64,000 bases of DNA from an uncultured Alphaproteobacteria bacterium (GCA_902586855.1 CACIIZ010000001.1:54326-118325), one strand, 5' to 3'; positions 1 to 10,997 are shown, numbered from the stretch's first letter. Numbers and translations are program-made. Notes: a model not told the origin generated them from the sequence alone.

Positions 1-457
1 AACCTTGATCCTTTAGATTGAACAATGTGTCTAAGGCTCCTCCGGATTCAGTAACGTCGCTAATGTTGTGGCAATGCTCTGGGTCGTGCAAATGAAGAAT
101 ATCGATCTTCTCTGTGCCCAAAGCTGTTATACTCTCATCAAAAGATCTTTTTGCTGACTCGGCATCTAATATATCAGTGGACATATCCCGATCAATCTTG
201 GTGGCTAATACGAAGTCAGCAGGCTTCCCGCCCACCTTTTTTAAAACGTTTCCAATCAATTTTTCACTTCTACCCATTCCATAATTTCTGGAGGTATCCA
301 TAAAATTGATAGAGCTATTGAGAATTGCCTGAATTGTTTCTTCTGCCTGAAAAGGATCAACTTCATAGCCATAAGTATCAGGCATGTTCCCTAAAGCAGA
401 AGTGCCAAAGCAGATTTTGGATATATTTAGATTACTCCCGATGGTTACTTTTTTCAT
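1..457 (-). CDS. aldo/keto reductase family protein, N-terminal part (gene continues beyond window start)
   Basis: Not in the ORF track because it runs off the window edge. My reverse-strand translation from the ATG at 457-455 reads MKKVTIGSNLNISKICFGTSALGNMPDTYGYEVDPFQAEETIQAILNSSINFMDTSRNYGMGRSEKLIGNVLKK...TEKIDILHLHDPE and stays open to base 1. DTSxxYG..SE..IG is the classic AKR N-terminal signature. Confidence 0.7.
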   Translation of the reverse strand, partial: MKKVTIGSNLNISKICFGTSALGNMPDTYGYEVDPFQAEETIQAILNSSINFMDTSRNYGMGRSEKLIGNVLKKVGGKPADFVLATKIDRDMSTDILDAESAKRSFDESITALGTEKIDILHLHDPEHCHNISDVTESGGALDTLFNLKDQG

Positions 458-554
458 AAAATGCCCAATCCAATAAATAGTTGCTTTTGACTGAGTGATT
501 ATTTAACTAAATATCATAATCATACAATCTATTTTATATCACCTTAATTTAGTT

Positions 555-2477
555 ATGAAAAAAAAAGAAAGATTGGAATTGATCACGATTGGTCGTAGCT
601 CAGTCGATCTGTATGGAACTCAAGTGGGTGGTCGGCTTGAAGATATGAGGAGTTTTGAAAAATATATTGGTGGTTCTCCAACTAATATAGCCGTAGGTGC
701 TTCTAGGCTTGGATTGCAGTCAGCTGTCATTACCAGAGTTGGTAAAGAACACATGGGACGATTCATTAAAGAACAACTGCAAAAAGAGGGTGTGAATACA
801 CGAGGGGTTATTACTGATTCTGAAAGACTTACCGCACTTGTTATTCTAGGAATTAGAGATCAGAATACTTTTCCGTTAATATTTTATCGTGAGAATTGTG
901 CCGATATGGCTTTATCTGAAGCTGATATTTGTGAAGAGTTTATTTCAGGTGCAAACTGTGTGTGTGTTACAGGAACTCATTTGTCGAATCCTAGGGTTGA
1001 AAAAGCCACGCTGAAAGCAATTAATATAGGTCGAAGTCTCGGTAAAAAGACGGTTTTGGATATAGATTATAGACCTAATCTTTGGGGTTTATCTGGACAT
1101 GATGATGGTGAAAACCGCTATATAAAGTCTGAAATGGTGACAAAAAATTTACAAGAAACCTTAATGCTATTTGATTTGATTGTGGGGACAGAGGAAGAAT
1201 TTCATATTGCTGGGGGTAGCACGAACACTATTGAGGCGCTCCAAAATGTTAGAGCTAAGACTTCTGCCGTCTTAGTTTGCAAAAGAGGCCCTTACGGAGC
1301 AAGTCTTTTTGAAGATGATATAAAGGGTGATCTTGATCAAGGTATTCAAGGGAGAAAATTCTCCATTGAAGTCTTCAACGTTTTAGGTGCAGGAGATGGT
1401 TTTATGGCAGGTCTACTAAGAGGATGGCTAAGGAACGAAACATGGTCAACCTGTTTAGATTATGCGAATGCGTGCGGAGCTATTGCGGTCAGTAGGCATG
1501 GATGCGCTCCTTCATATCCTAGTTGGAAAGAACTAACATTTTTTCTTGAAAATGGTGTTCGAAATCGAGCACTGCGTAAAGACAAAGAATTAGAAAATAT
1601 ACACTGGTCAACAACGCGCACAGGAAATCTTGAAAAAAACTTAATTTTTGCTTTTGATCATAGAGCTCAACTAAAAGAACTAGCAAAATCTAAAGGTAAG
1701 AGTGAGAAAAACATCGGTAGATTTAAAGAATTATGTCTTAATGCTGCAAGCAGTGTTGCTAAAAAGCGTGAAGGTTTTGGTATTATCTGTGATGATCAGT
1801 TAGGTAGGGAGGCTTTACATCAAGCATCTGATCATAACTTATGGATAGCCCGACCTGCCGAGGTGCCAAGATCTTGGCCGCTAAAATTCGAAGATGATGT
1901 GGGTGAGGATTGCAGTGGTTTTATTACATGGCCAAAAAATCATATAGTTAAGGTTTTATGCTATTATAACCCCAAAGACCCTACCGAAATTAAAGTAGAG
2001 CAGGAGAGGAAACTTTTGATACTTTTTAATGCTGCAAGACGGAATCAACTGGAATTTCTGTTGGAAATCGTTGTCTCTCTTAATCATCAACATCAAACTG
2101 AAGATATTGTTAGTATAGTAGATCGGATCTATAGTCTGGGTATAAAGCCTGATTGGTGGAAGCTTGAACCGCTTACTACTGTTGATGGTTGGCAAGAATT
2201 GGAACGACTAATCAATTCGTGGGATAGTTTGTGTAGGGGTGTTCTTCTTCTTGGTCTTGATCAACCAATTGATGTCCTAATAAAGTCTTTCGAATTGGCT
2301 GCAAAGTCACCTGTTGTAAAAGGATTTGCCGTTGGGAGAAGTATATTTGGTGACATTGCAAAGGACTGGTTCTCTGACAGATTGACTGATGCAGAAAGTG
2401 TAAGGTCAATGGCTGAAAATTTTCAGCTATTGTGTGACAAATGGAAATTTGTTTCACAGTACAGATCTCAAGCATAA
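555..2477 (+). CDS. iolC: long-form IolC: 5-dehydro-2-deoxygluconokinase with a C-terminal aldolase-type/DUF2090-like extension
   Basis: 640-aa ORF. The N-terminal half is a PfkB sugar kinase (GGSPTNIAVGASRLG; NVLGAGDGFMAGLL). The roughly 300-aa C-terminal extension is as in long proteobacterial IolC proteins. iolB follows immediately. Confidence 0.75.
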   Translation: MKKKERLELITIGRSSVDLYGTQVGGRLEDMRSFEKYIGGSPTNIAVGASRLGLQSAVITRVGKEHMGRFIKEQLQKEGVNTRGVITDSERLTALVILGIRDQNTFPLIFYRENCADMALSEADICEEFISGANCVCVTGTHLSNPRVEKATLKAINIGRSLGKKTVLDIDYRPNLWGLSGHDDGENRYIKSEMVTKNLQETLMLFDLIVGTEEEFHIAGGSTNTIEALQNVRAKTSAVLVCKRGPYGASLFEDDIKGDLDQGIQGRKFSIEVFNVLGAGDGFMAGLLRGWLRNETWSTCLDYANACGAIAVSRHGCAPSYPSWKELTFFLENGVRNRALRKDKELENIHWSTTRTGNLEKNLIFAFDHRAQLKELAKSKGKSEKNIGRFKELCLNAASSVAKKREGFGIICDDQLGREALHQASDHNLWIARPAEVPRSWPLKFEDDVGEDCSGFITWPKNHIVKVLCYYNPKDPTEIKVEQERKLLILFNAARRNQLEFLLEIVVSLNHQHQTEDIVSIVDRIYSLGIKPDWWKLEPLTTVDGWQELERLINSWDSLCRGVLLLGLDQPIDVLIKSFELAAKSPVVKGFAVGRSIFGDIAKDWFSDRLTDAESVRSMAENFQLLCDKWKFVSQYRSQA

Positions 2478-3305
2478 ATGTTAGGGATAGAAACTATGGA
2501 AAATCTATTGAGAAAACCTCTGAAAGAGGAAGGAAAAGTGTTTGACATTTCACCTGAATCAGCAGGTTGGAAATATGTGGGTTTCAAGCTTTATAAATTA
2601 AAAGAGGGTGAAACAGTTGGTGAAAATACTGCTAGTGAGGAGGCAATTTTAGTCTTTCTTGAAGGGTATGGTACAGCAAGGATCCAGGGAAAGGATATGG
2701 GTCGCTTAGGGAGTAGAACCTCTGTTTTTGAAAAAAAACCACCATCAGGAATTTATGTACCCTTTCAGTCTTTATGGGAAGTTAGAGCGGAAACAGAAAT
2801 GACTCTGGCCATTTGTACTGCACCTGGTGAAAGTGGCTTCAAGCCGAAAAGAATTGAGTCTGAAGAGGTTCAGTTATTAGAACGAGGTAAGGGGGCAAAT
2901 AAGAGATTTATTTATAATATAGCTATGGAGGATAATCCAATTGCAAGTAGCCTTTTAGTAACTGAGGTATTTACACCACAGGGTAATTGGTCGTCGTATC
3001 CGCCCCATAGACATGATGAGAATGATTATCCGAATATTACTTATCTAGAAGAAACTTACTATCATCGGTTAAACCCAAATCATGGGTTTGGTTTTCAAAG
3101 GATTTTTTCGGAAGATAATACATTAGATTCCACAATAAGCTTTTCCGACGGTGATGTTGTTCTCGTTCCTAGAGGTCACCATCCTTGTGGCGTTCCATAT
3201 GGTTACGAGTTATATTATTTAAACGTAATGGCAGGTCCAATAAGAAAATGGAGGTTTAAAAACCATCCTGACTTTGACTGGCTATACCAGAGGGATAGTA
3301 ATTGA
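2478..3305 (+). CDS. iolB: 5-deoxy-glucuronate isomerase
   Basis: 275-aa ORF whose ATG directly abuts the iolC stop (TAAATG). IolB-like length, cupin-type core (WSSYPPHRHD ... VPRGHHP), and context next to iolC. Confidence 0.7.
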   Translation: MLGIETMENLLRKPLKEEGKVFDISPESAGWKYVGFKLYKLKEGETVGENTASEEAILVFLEGYGTARIQGKDMGRLGSRTSVFEKKPPSGIYVPFQSLWEVRAETEMTLAICTAPGESGFKPKRIESEEVQLLERGKGANKRFIYNIAMEDNPIASSLLVTEVFTPQGNWSSYPPHRHDENDYPNITYLEETYYHRLNPNHGFGFQRIFSEDNTLDSTISFSDGDVVLVPRGHHPCGVPYGYELYYLNVMAGPIRKWRFKNHPDFDWLYQRDSN

Positions 3306-3500
3306 ATAATGCATACAGTAATTTATTACATAGTAAGTCATATGGGGTGCTTTACAGAATAGTTTTAGGTTGTAAATCTATTTGAGATAATAGATTGATA
3401 CTTGTCACGCAAAGTCGCCAACAGTAATAAATCAGGAGTCGAGATTGAGGAGAGAAAATTGACAGTAGTACCTATCGAAACAGAAGGTTTAACTAGTACC

Positions 3501-3881
3501 GAAGTATCGCGGTTTGCTCCGTTATCCTCAGGCGATTTTCTATACCTTGGTGTACTAGAATCAGGTCTCCAGTCAAACTGGCAAAATACTAGCAAGATAT
3601 TATAGACAGCAGATGAAATGGGATTTCGAAATATTTTGTTTCCTTCTTCTTATCAGGTTGCGCAAGATACGCTTTCCTTTGTCGCCAGTAATGCACTACT
3701 TACCAAGAACATTAATATGCTTGCATTCGTGAGATGTGGGGAGTTATTTCCAGTAATGCTAGCAAGAACTCTAGCAACCTTAGACCACCTTATGGAAGGG
3801 CGATTAACCTTCAACATTATTTCGTCTGATTTTCCAGTTGACAAAGCAGAAAGTAGTGTGAGATGCCAAACACGCCACTAG
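3501..3881 (+). pseudogene. remnant of an SsuD-like LLM-class flavin-dependent (alkanesulfonate-type) monooxygenase: N-terminal ~125 codons only, with an in-frame stop
   Basis: Track ORFs 3402..3605 and 3618..3881 share one frame and are separated by an in-frame TAG at 3603-3605. The joined translation is ...RFAPLSSGDFLYLGV...[77 protein letters not shown]. It parallels my recollection of the E. coli SsuD N-terminus (WFLPTHGDGHYLGT...[21 protein letters not shown]...LKFLVALRP...[26 protein letters not shown]). No start codon sits at the homologous position, and about 250 C-terminal codons are missing. Confidence 0.6.
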
Positions 3882-3900
3882 GGGTAGAGGAAAGCATGTG

Positions 3901-4803
3901 ATGGATCGAGTTTCATTGAATGAAAACCTTTCAATAAGTCGATTAGTATATGGCATGTGGAGGCTTTGTGATGACAACGACAAATCCTCTCAAAGAGTAA
4001 TTCAAAAGTTAGAAACTTGTCTAGAAAATGGTTTAACAACGATAGACCAAGCAGATATTTATGGTGATGGAGGTTCGGAAGAGTTATTCGGTGAGGCGTT
4101 AAGCAAGTCGTTTAATCTGAGGAAGAGGCTGGAAATAATTACTAAGTGCAATATTAAGCTTCAGGATACCGACTTTCCAGAGAGAAAGGTAAAATCTTAT
4201 GATACGAGTGCTAAATATATTATAGGAACTGTTGAAAACTCATTATTAAAAATGAAGACGGATTATATCGATTTGCTTTTGCTGCATCGACCTGATCCAC
4301 TGATGGATCATAATGAAACTGGATTCACTTTAGATAAGCTCGTTGACTCCGGGAAAGTCAGGGCAGTAGGAGCTTCTAACTTTAAACCTTGGGATTGGAA
4401 CTTACTTCAATCCGCCATGAAGCATCGATTAGCCACAAACCAGATTGAAATCAGTGTTGTGAGCCCGGACGCATTTACAAATGGAGACTTGGCCTTTCAT
4501 CAACAGCAAGGCAACCCTGTGATGGCATGGTCTCCCCTTGGAGGAGGAAGTCTTTTTAATCAAAATGACCCAAAATCTAAAAGGCTATTGATAACGATCT
4601 CTGATATAGCAGAAACCTTGGGGGTGGACATGTCTGTGGTGGCTTTGTCTTGGCTTGTTCTGCATCCAGCTAAGATAGTACCCGTAATAGGTACAAACAA
4701 TCCTGAGAGGATCATTGAGGCTTGTAAATCAGTTGATTTGGAGCTTAATCGAGAATTATGGTTTGAGATCTATACAGCTGCTACTGGTAAAGATGTGCCT
4801 TAG
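3901..4803 (+). CDS. aldo/keto reductase (YdhF-like oxidoreductase)
   Basis: 300-aa ORF with GAGGAAAG 6 nt upstream of the ATG at 3901 (the track uses the GTG at 3898). AKR motifs: DQADIYG..GSEELFGEAL, LLLHRPD, VGASNF. Confidence 0.8.
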   Translation: MDRVSLNENLSISRLVYGMWRLCDDNDKSSQRVIQKLETCLENGLTTIDQADIYGDGGSEELFGEALSKSFNLRKRLEIITKCNIKLQDTDFPERKVKSYDTSAKYIIGTVENSLLKMKTDYIDLLLLHRPDPLMDHNETGFTLDKLVDSGKVRAVGASNFKPWDWNLLQSAMKHRLATNQIEISVVSPDAFTNGDLAFHQQQGNPVMAWSPLGGGSLFNQNDPKSKRLLITISDIAETLGVDMSVVALSWLVLHPAKIVPVIGTNNPERIIEACKSVDLELNRELWFEIYTAATGKDVP

Positions 4804-4857
4804 ATTATGTCACCATTATAAAGCTTTTTAGGGAATTTTCTAATAAGGATTTGACCA

Positions 4858-5754
4858 TTATAAGACGAGCTCTTGTGGTTCAGCTAAGTTATGGGTTCTG
4901 CAGCAAGCGACAAGGGTATTAGCTAAAAGGCATGCTATTGTCATAGGCCCAACCCCACCAGGAACAGGGGTAATAGCCATAGCTGTTTCCTTAGCTGCTT
5001 CAAAGTCAACATCTCCTACCAGTTTTGATTTTTCGACCCCATTTTCCGTGATTGAAACTCTATTAATTCCAACATCAATGATGACAGCTCCTGATTTCAC
5101 CCAGTCGCCCTTAACAAATTTAGGTATACCAACAGCAGCAACAAGTATATCGCTAGATTTACATATTCCTTCGACATTTTTTGTCCTGGAATGGACTACA
5201 GTTACAGTACAGTTTTCTCTGAGAAGTAAGTTAAACATGGGTTTCCCAACTATGTTTGAACGGCCAATGACTGTGGCTTTTTTCCCACTAAGGTCTCCAA
5301 CATATGCTCGTAAAAGCATTAAACACCCTAAAGGTGTGCATGGCACCATAGATTTTTGTCCTGTATTAAGTAAGCCTACATTTGAGGTGTGAAAGCCATC
5401 AACATCTTTATTTGGATCTATTGAATTAATAACTAGGTTTTCATTAAGATGTTTTGGAAGTGGCAGTTGACACAATATTCCATGCACCGTTGGATCTTGG
5501 TTTAACTGCTCAATTAAGTCTAGTAGCACCTTTTCATTAACATCTTCTTTAAGCCTATGTTCGAATGAATTCATACCAGCATTTTTTGTTTGAATACCTT
5601 TATTCTTTACATAAACTTGGCTAGCAGGATCTTCTCCAACTAATACTACTGCTAAACCAGGGGTAATGTTAGCATTTTCCTTAATTTCAGTAACATGATC
5701 CTTGATTTTTTCCCTCAGGGTTTGAGCAAAAGCCTTGCCATCAATTATTTTCAT
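4858..5754 (-). CDS. folD: bifunctional methylene-THF dehydrogenase / methenyl-THF cyclohydrolase
   Basis: [18 protein letters not shown]..., [10 protein letters not shown] and [10 protein letters not shown] are typical FolD. I chose the ATG at 5754 (GGGAGC SD upstream) rather than the track start at 5802, which would overlap fhs. Confidence 0.9.
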   Translation of the reverse strand: MKIIDGKAFAQTLREKIKDHVTEIKENANITPGLAVVLVGEDPASQVYVKNKGIQTKNAGMNSFEHRLKEDVNEKVLLDLIEQLNQDPTVHGILCQLPLPKHLNENLVINSIDPNKDVDGFHTSNVGLLNTGQKSMVPCTPLGCLMLLRAYVGDLSGKKATVIGRSNIVGKPMFNLLLRENCTVTVVHSRTKNVEGICKSSDILVAAVGIPKFVKGDWVKSGAVIIDVGINRVSITENGVEKSKLVGDVDFEAAKETAMAITPVPGGVGPMTIACLLANTLVACCRTHNLAEPQELVL

Positions 5755-5773
5755 TATTTTAGCTCCCAAAATA

Positions 5774-7450
5774 CTAGAATAAACCCTCAATCTGGGCTTC
5801 ACTATTTAAGCAAATACTTTCGGCACTTGGCACTCGCGGCAAACCTGGCATTGTCATAATGTCGCCACATATGACTACTATAAATCCAGCACCAGCAGAA
5901 AGGCGCACCTCTCTTATAGGGATGGAGTGTCCAGTTGGTGCTCCTCTTCGATTTGGATCGGTGGTGAAGCTGTATTGGGTTTTCGCCATGCAAACTGGAA
6001 GGTTACCAAACCCAGATTGTTCCCAAGCCTTTAATTGATCGCGTATTGCTTTGTTTGCCAAGACTTCATCCGCTCTATAAATTCTTTTACAGATAGTTTC
6101 AATTTTTTGAAATAAACTCATGCCATCTGGATAAAGAGGTGCAAAAGGACTTTTTTCTCCATCGGCAATTTCTACAACCCTTTTAGCTAACTCAGTTATC
6201 CCCTCGGAGCCTTTCTCCCAATGTTTACACAAAATAGCTTCTGCTCCTTGCTCAGAGGCATAGTCTTGTATCTTAGAAACCTCTTCTTCTGTGTCAGTTA
6301 TAAAGTGATTTATGGCTACCACTACTGGAATTCCAAAGCTCTTTAAGTTTTCAATATGTCTGCCAAGGTTCTTACATCCTTCAGTGACGGCAGTAGAATT
6401 CTTCTCTCCAAGATTTTCTTTGGTTACTCCACCGTTCATTTTCAATGCTCTCACAGTTGCAACTAAAACGACAATGGATGGTTCAAGACCAGCCTTACGG
6501 CATTTAATATTCAGAAATTTTTCAGCGCCTAAATCAGCACCAAATCCTGCTTCAGTGACAACATAGTCAGCAAGGCCTAAAGCTGTTTTAGTGGCTATAA
6601 TTGAGTTGCAACCGTGGGCTATATTGGCGAAAGGACCACCATGCACCAATGCAGGATTATTCTCAAGTGTTTGAACAATATTCGGTTGCATTGCTTGTTG
6701 CAACAATACCGTCATGGCACCATCAGCTTTAATATCTCTGCAGAAAACTGGGCTCTTATCCTTTCTATAGGCTACGATGATATTTCCTAATCTATTCTGT
6801 AGATCTTTTAAATCAGATGAAAGACAGAGAATGGCCATTACCTCTGATGCTACCGTAATATCAAATCCTGCCTGACGAGGAAACCCATTGGGGACGCCCC
6901 CAAGTGAAGTTACTATATCTCTCAAAGCCCGATCATTCATATCTAACACCCGTCGCCATACGACTCTCCGGATATCGATTTCCTCTTTGTTTCCCCAATA
7001 AATATGATTGTCAATCATAGCCGACAGAAGATTATGGGCACTGGTTATCGCATGGAAGTCACCAGTAAAGTGTAAGTTCATGTCTTCCATAGGCACTACC
7101 TGAGCTTTCCCGCCTCCGGCAGCACCACCTTTCATTCCGAAGCAAGGACCTAATGATGCTTCTCGGATGCAGATAGCAGCATTTTTACCAATGGCGTTTA
7201 AACCATCTCCTAAACCAACAGTAGTGGTAGTTTTCCCTTCTCCTGCAGGAGTAGGGTTAATTGCAGTGACTAATATGAGTTTGCCCTTTTTATTTTGGGG
7301 GATTTCTTTAATAAAACTTTCGGATATCTTTGCTTTATCATGTCCATATGGTACAATGTCTTTGAAAGAAATATTTAATTTTTTTGCAACCTCCGAGATA
7401 GGTAATTTGTTGGCTTCCCTTGCTATTTCTATGTCACTCTTGAAACTCAT
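5774..7450 (-). CDS. fhs: formate--tetrahydrofolate ligase
   Basis: About 558 aa with the [16 protein letters not shown]-loop and full-length FTHFS-like sequence. The ATG at 7450 is preceded by a GGAGGAAATA SD; the track start at 7468 is less likely. Confidence 0.95.
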   Translation of the reverse strand: MSFKSDIEIAREANKLPISEVAKKLNISFKDIVPYGHDKAKISESFIKEIPQNKKGKLILVTAINPTPAGEGKTTTTVGLGDGLNAIGKNAAICIREASLGPCFGMKGGAAGGGKAQVVPMEDMNLHFTGDFHAITSAHNLLSAMIDNHIYWGNKEEIDIRRVVWRRVLDMNDRALRDIVTSLGGVPNGFPRQAGFDITVASEVMAILCLSSDLKDLQNRLGNIIVAYRKDKSPVFCRDIKADGAMTVLLQQAMQPNIVQTLENNPALVHGGPFANIAHGCNSIIATKTALGLADYVVTEAGFGADLGAEKFLNIKCRKAGLEPSIVVLVATVRALKMNGGVTKENLGEKNSTAVTEGCKNLGRHIENLKSFGIPVVVAINHFITDTEEEVSKIQDYASEQGAEAILCKHWEKGSEGITELAKRVVEIADGEKSPFAPLYPDGMSLFQKIETICKRIYRADEVLANKAIRDQLKAWEQSGFGNLPVCMAKTQYSFTTDPNRRGAPTGHSIPIREVRLSAGAGFIVVICGDIMTMPGLPRVPSAESICLNSEAQIEGLF

Positions 7451-7513
7451 TATTTCCTCCATTAACAAAACTATGGGATTATTTTTTCTTTTGAAACCCT
7501 GTTGAAAAAATTG

Positions 7514-8071
7514 TCATACTATATTTTGGGCTGAGGTTTCAACAGCGCTTAAGAAAGAATTTGCCGAAGAACTTGCAGACAATAAAAGAAAAGAGTCTTC
7601 AGCAGTCTTGATAATTAAAACATTTAAGTGCTCCATTAAGGTACGAACCGCAGTATTTACTCCAAAAGATTCTGCTGATAAATCTAATGGGCAAATTCTT
7701 TCTAAGCAGTTATGAGAACTTTTTCCAAATATTTCTATCCCAACCCAAGCATCACTTTGCTCTGTAATATAAAAATCTTTTTCCAGAGATTTTATTACTC
7801 CGGCAACTTCAGAATTCCTTTCAAAAAGTATGAAAAATTGATCCAAGGAATTTTTTATAAGTCTTATGGTTGAGTTTTTGTTTAAGCTGGATTGTCCTAT
7901 AATTGGAACATCAAATTTAAGAATTCGTTTGAATTCGCTAGTGACTTTCTTATCCATTTTCTTAGGTATAGAAATGCAGAAAATTTCTGGATTTACTTCT
8001 TTTAGAGTGACATTTCCTATAACAGAATGAAGTCCGCTTAGGGGGGTCGTTGGTGAAATTTTCTTATCCAC
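7514..8071 (-). CDS. soxG: sarcosine oxidase gamma subunit family (SoxG / MgdD-type)
   Basis: Last gene of the four-subunit set, of the right size (~185 aa), overlapping the soxA stop. The GTG at 8071 has an AAGGAG SD 8 nt upstream. The track's TTG at 8095 has no SD. Confidence 0.65.
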   Translation of the reverse strand: MDKKISPTTPLSGLHSVIGNVTLKEVNPEIFCISIPKKMDKKVTSEFKRILKFDVPIIGQSSLNKNSTIRLIKNSLDQFFILFERNSEVAGVIKSLEKDFYITEQSDAWVGIEIFGKSSHNCLERICPLDLSAESFGVNTAVRTLMEHLNVLIIKTAEDSFLLLSASSSANSFLSAVETSAQNIV

Positions 8072-10997
8072 GGAGACGATCTCCTTCGGGATCAAAAAAA
8101 TGAGGAGAAGTTATTTCTACTTCTATGACCTCCTTATTTAAGGGGTTCACTGAATCAACTTTCTCACCGTATCTTTGATCTCCTGCTTTTATAAAGCCTA
8201 GGCCAATTGATTTGTTTAACATTGGTGAGAATGCGACTGAACTCATCCAACCTTCGTCATTTTGTAACTTTGCGGGTTTTCCCTTTGGAATAAAATGTGA
8301 TCCTGCCACTAATGTTTGCATTTTGTTGGTTGGGGCAAATCCAACCAACTTTAGGATACCTTCTCCATCAATTTTTTCTCTTTCAGACATTGTATTACCG
8401 ATACAGTCATTTAGTTTCGAAACCATTTTTCCTAAACCTAGGTTATTAGCGGTGGTTTGACCGTTTAACTCGTTACCTGCTGCATGTCCCTTTTCAATTC
8501 TCATTACACCCAAAGCTTCTGTTCCATATGGAATCAGATTAAATTTCTTGCCTGTTTCAAAAATGTGCTCCATGAAAGAAGAAGCGTATCGTCTTGGTAA
8601 GGCCAACTCATAGGCTAATTCGCCAGAAAAAGATATTCTAAAAAGTCTGGCTTCAATACCATTAAATATTGATACTTTCCCGCAAGCCATGAAAGGAAAA
8701 GATGCATTAGAAATATCACTTTTAGAATCAATAATCTCTGACAAAAGGGCTCTTGAATTTGGACCTGCTATAGCAAATTGTGCCCAGTGATCAGTAGTGG
8801 AGAGCAAATGAACATCCCACGTTGGTTTCAGACATTGACGGCAAAACTCCAGGTGCCTAAATACTGTTACAGCATTGGTAGTTGTGGTCGTCATTACGAA
8901 ATGATCTTCAGCAAATCTTGCAGTTGTTCCGTCATCGAATGCAATACCATCATCTCTAAGCATAAGACCATAGCGGACTTTACCAACTGCAAGTTTACCA
9001 AAATTATTGGCATAAACAAAATTTAAGAAGGCTCCAGCATCTCTTCCTTTTATATCTATTTTCCCTAATGTAGTCACATCGCAAATACCTACGGATTCTC
9101 TTGTTTGGAGAACTTCTCTATCCACACTCTCTCTCCAAGTGAGTTCTCCTTCCAAGGGAAACCACTGCGCTCGAAGCCAATTCCCAGTTTCTACAAAAAC
9201 TGCATTTCTCTGTTCAGCCCACTGATGTGAAGGTGTGAGCCTAACCGGTTTAAAATGCTTTCCCCGGGATCGTCCAGCGAAAGCACCTATTGGAACAGGG
9301 GTGAAAGGTGGTCTATAAATTGTTGTTCCAACTTTTTCAATCGGCTCATTCTTTAAAAGGCTTAGAACGGACAATCCTAATACATTTGAGGTTTTTCCCT
9401 GATCTGTGGCCATACCTAAGGTAGTATACCTTTTCAGAAGTTCAACAGAGTGAAAACCTTCTTGTACAGCTATCTTAATGTCCTTTATGGTGACGTCATT
9501 TTGTAGATCGACCCATACCTTTCCTTTCGCAAGAGACTTTGAGAAAGGGGCCACATTATAAGGCTTTTGGGCAGCAGTTAATTTTATTTTCCCTTGATGT
9601 TTGTAACCTAAATAAGACAATATTTTCTTCATTTTGAGACTAGTCTCATCGAAAATATTATTTAGGTCGAAGGCTCCACTAGCTGCGCCGACCACTTCCA
9701 TACCTTTTGGTATTTTCCCTGGAATAAAACAGTGATTTTTCTCTTGCCACTGCGGACGACCTCTTTCATGGCAAGTCAGATGCACGTTTGGATTAAAGCC
9801 ACCTGAAACTGCTAGGCAGTCAGTTTCAACCGTAGTTCCATCATCTAATCTTAAGGAGGAGATTCTCAAACTACCTTTAGTATCCATCACTTTCTTTCCA
9901 AGCCGATAATCAACATTCTTAATTGGCACTACAATGTCTGACCTCTCATCTATGACCATGACTACATTGCATCCAGCTTCCTTTAGGTCTTTGGCTGTTA
10001 TCCAGCCATCATCATTATTCGTGTAGATGGAGATTTTTTTACCAGGAATGATGCCCCACCGGTTGCAGTATTGCCTAACTGACCGTGATAGCATGATACC
10101 AGGTCGATCATTATTCCCAAACAATAATGATCGCTCGGAAGATCCACTACACAGAACGGACTGTTTTGCATAAATTCTCCACAATACTTGTCGAGGTTTG
10201 TCAGACTTGACCCTTTCTAAATTTGTTTTTATCTCTAATGCCCCAAAGATCCCATGGTCAAAAGCACCATAAATAGTTGTTTTAGGCATCAGCCTTACAT
10301 TTTTAAAACTCATTAATTCTTCAATAGTTTTTTTAACCCAATTTACTCCAGTATCATTGTTTATTTGAGTGTGATCTCCATTGAGTGATCCGCCTAAGAG
10401 GAAATCTTCGTCTGCTACAATAACTTTGGCCCCGCTCCTGGCGGCCATTAATGCCGATTGAAGACCGGAGGGTCCTGCCCCAATTATAAGCAAATCACAA
10501 TGAAGAAATCCCTTGTCATAAGTGCTTGGATCGGGCTCTCCTGATAGCCTTCCTAGGCCTGCTGCTTTTCTAATAATTGGTTCATAAATTTTTTCCCAAA
10601 AGGACTTCGGCCACATAAAGGTCTTATAATAAAATCCTGCGCTGAGGAAAGGGGATAGAAAATCATTAACTCTCATGAAATCCCATTCGAGTGGACCAAA
10701 GTGGTTCTGACTATTTGCTACAAGATCATCAAATAGTTGGATTGTTGTTGCTCTAATATTTGGTTCCGTATTTGCCCCAAGGCCTACTTGCACAAGCGCA
10801 GAAGGTTCTTCTGACCCAGAGGAAAATATCCCTCTTGGCCTGTGGTATTTGAAGGATCTACCAACTAAGTGGTTTCCATTAGCCAACAGGGCGGATGCCA
10901 AGGTATCTCCGTCATAGCCGTATAGCTTCTTTCCGTTGAAAGAAAAATTCAAACGTTTTTCGCGATTAATTAAGCCACGGCTCTCAAGCCTAAACAT
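8064..10997 (-). CDS. soxA: sarcosine oxidase alpha subunit family (SoxA / MgdC-type)
   Basis: About 977 aa with an NAD/FAD fold ([10 protein letters not shown]) and a C-terminal GcvT-like folate-binding domain. The ATG at 10997 overlaps the soxD stop by 8 nt (ATGTTTAG). Confidence 0.9.
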   Translation of the reverse strand: MFRLESRGLINREKRLNFSFNGKKLYGYDGDTLASALLANGNHLVGRSFKYHRPRGIFSSGSEEPSALVQVGLGANTEPNIRATTIQLFDDLVANSQNHFGPLEWDFMRVNDFLSPFLSAGFYYKTFMWPKSFWEKIYEPIIRKAAGLGRLSGEPDPSTYDKGFLHCDLLIIGAGPSGLQSALMAARSGAKVIVADEDFLLGGSLNGDHTQINNDTGVNWVKKTIEELMSFKNVRLMPKTTIYGAFDHGIFGALEIKTNLERVKSDKPRQVLWRIYAKQSVLCSGSSERSLLFGNNDRPGIMLSRSVRQYCNRWGIIPGKKISIYTNNDDGWITAKDLKEAGCNVVMVIDERSDIVVPIKNVDYRLGKKVMDTKGSLRISSLRLDDGTTVETDCLAVSGGFNPNVHLTCHERGRPQWQEKNHCFIPGKIPKGMEVVGAASGAFDLNNIFDETSLKMKKILSYLGYKHQGKIKLTAAQKPYNVAPFSKSLAKGKVWVDLQNDVTIKDIKIAVQEGFHSVELLKRYTTLGMATDQGKTSNVLGLSVLSLLKNEPIEKVGTTIYRPPFTPVPIGAFAGRSRGKHFKPVRLTPSHQWAEQRNAVFVETGNWLRAQWFPLEGELTWRESVDREVLQTRESVGICDVTTLGKIDIKGRDAGAFLNFVYANNFGKLAVGKVRYGLMLRDDGIAFDDGTTARFAEDHFVMTTTTTNAVTVFRHLEFCRQCLKPTWDVHLLSTTDHWAQFAIAGPNSRALLSEIIDSKSDISNASFPFMACGKVSIFNGIEARLFRISFSGELAYELALPRRYASSFMEHIFETGKKFNLIPYGTEALGVMRIEKGHAAGNELNGQTTANNLGLGKMVSKLNDCIGNTMSEREKIDGEGILKLVGFAPTNKMQTLVAGSHFIPKGKPAKLQNDEGWMSSVAFSPMLNKSIGLGFIKAGDQRYGEKVDSVNPLNKEVIEVEITSPHFFDPEGDRLRG

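Noticed and set aside
3618-3881. 87-aa ORF as an intact small gene
   Set aside because: It is the middle of an SsuD-like N-terminal region, in frame with 3402..3605 across a TAG stop, and lacks about two thirds of the protein. It is better explained as a pseudogene fragment.
7451-7513. Possible ZTP/THF-type riboswitch upstream of fhs-folD
   Set aside because: The spacer is only 63 nt, AT-rich, and shows none of the conserved GC-rich pseudoknot elements. fhs appears simply co-transcribed with soxG.
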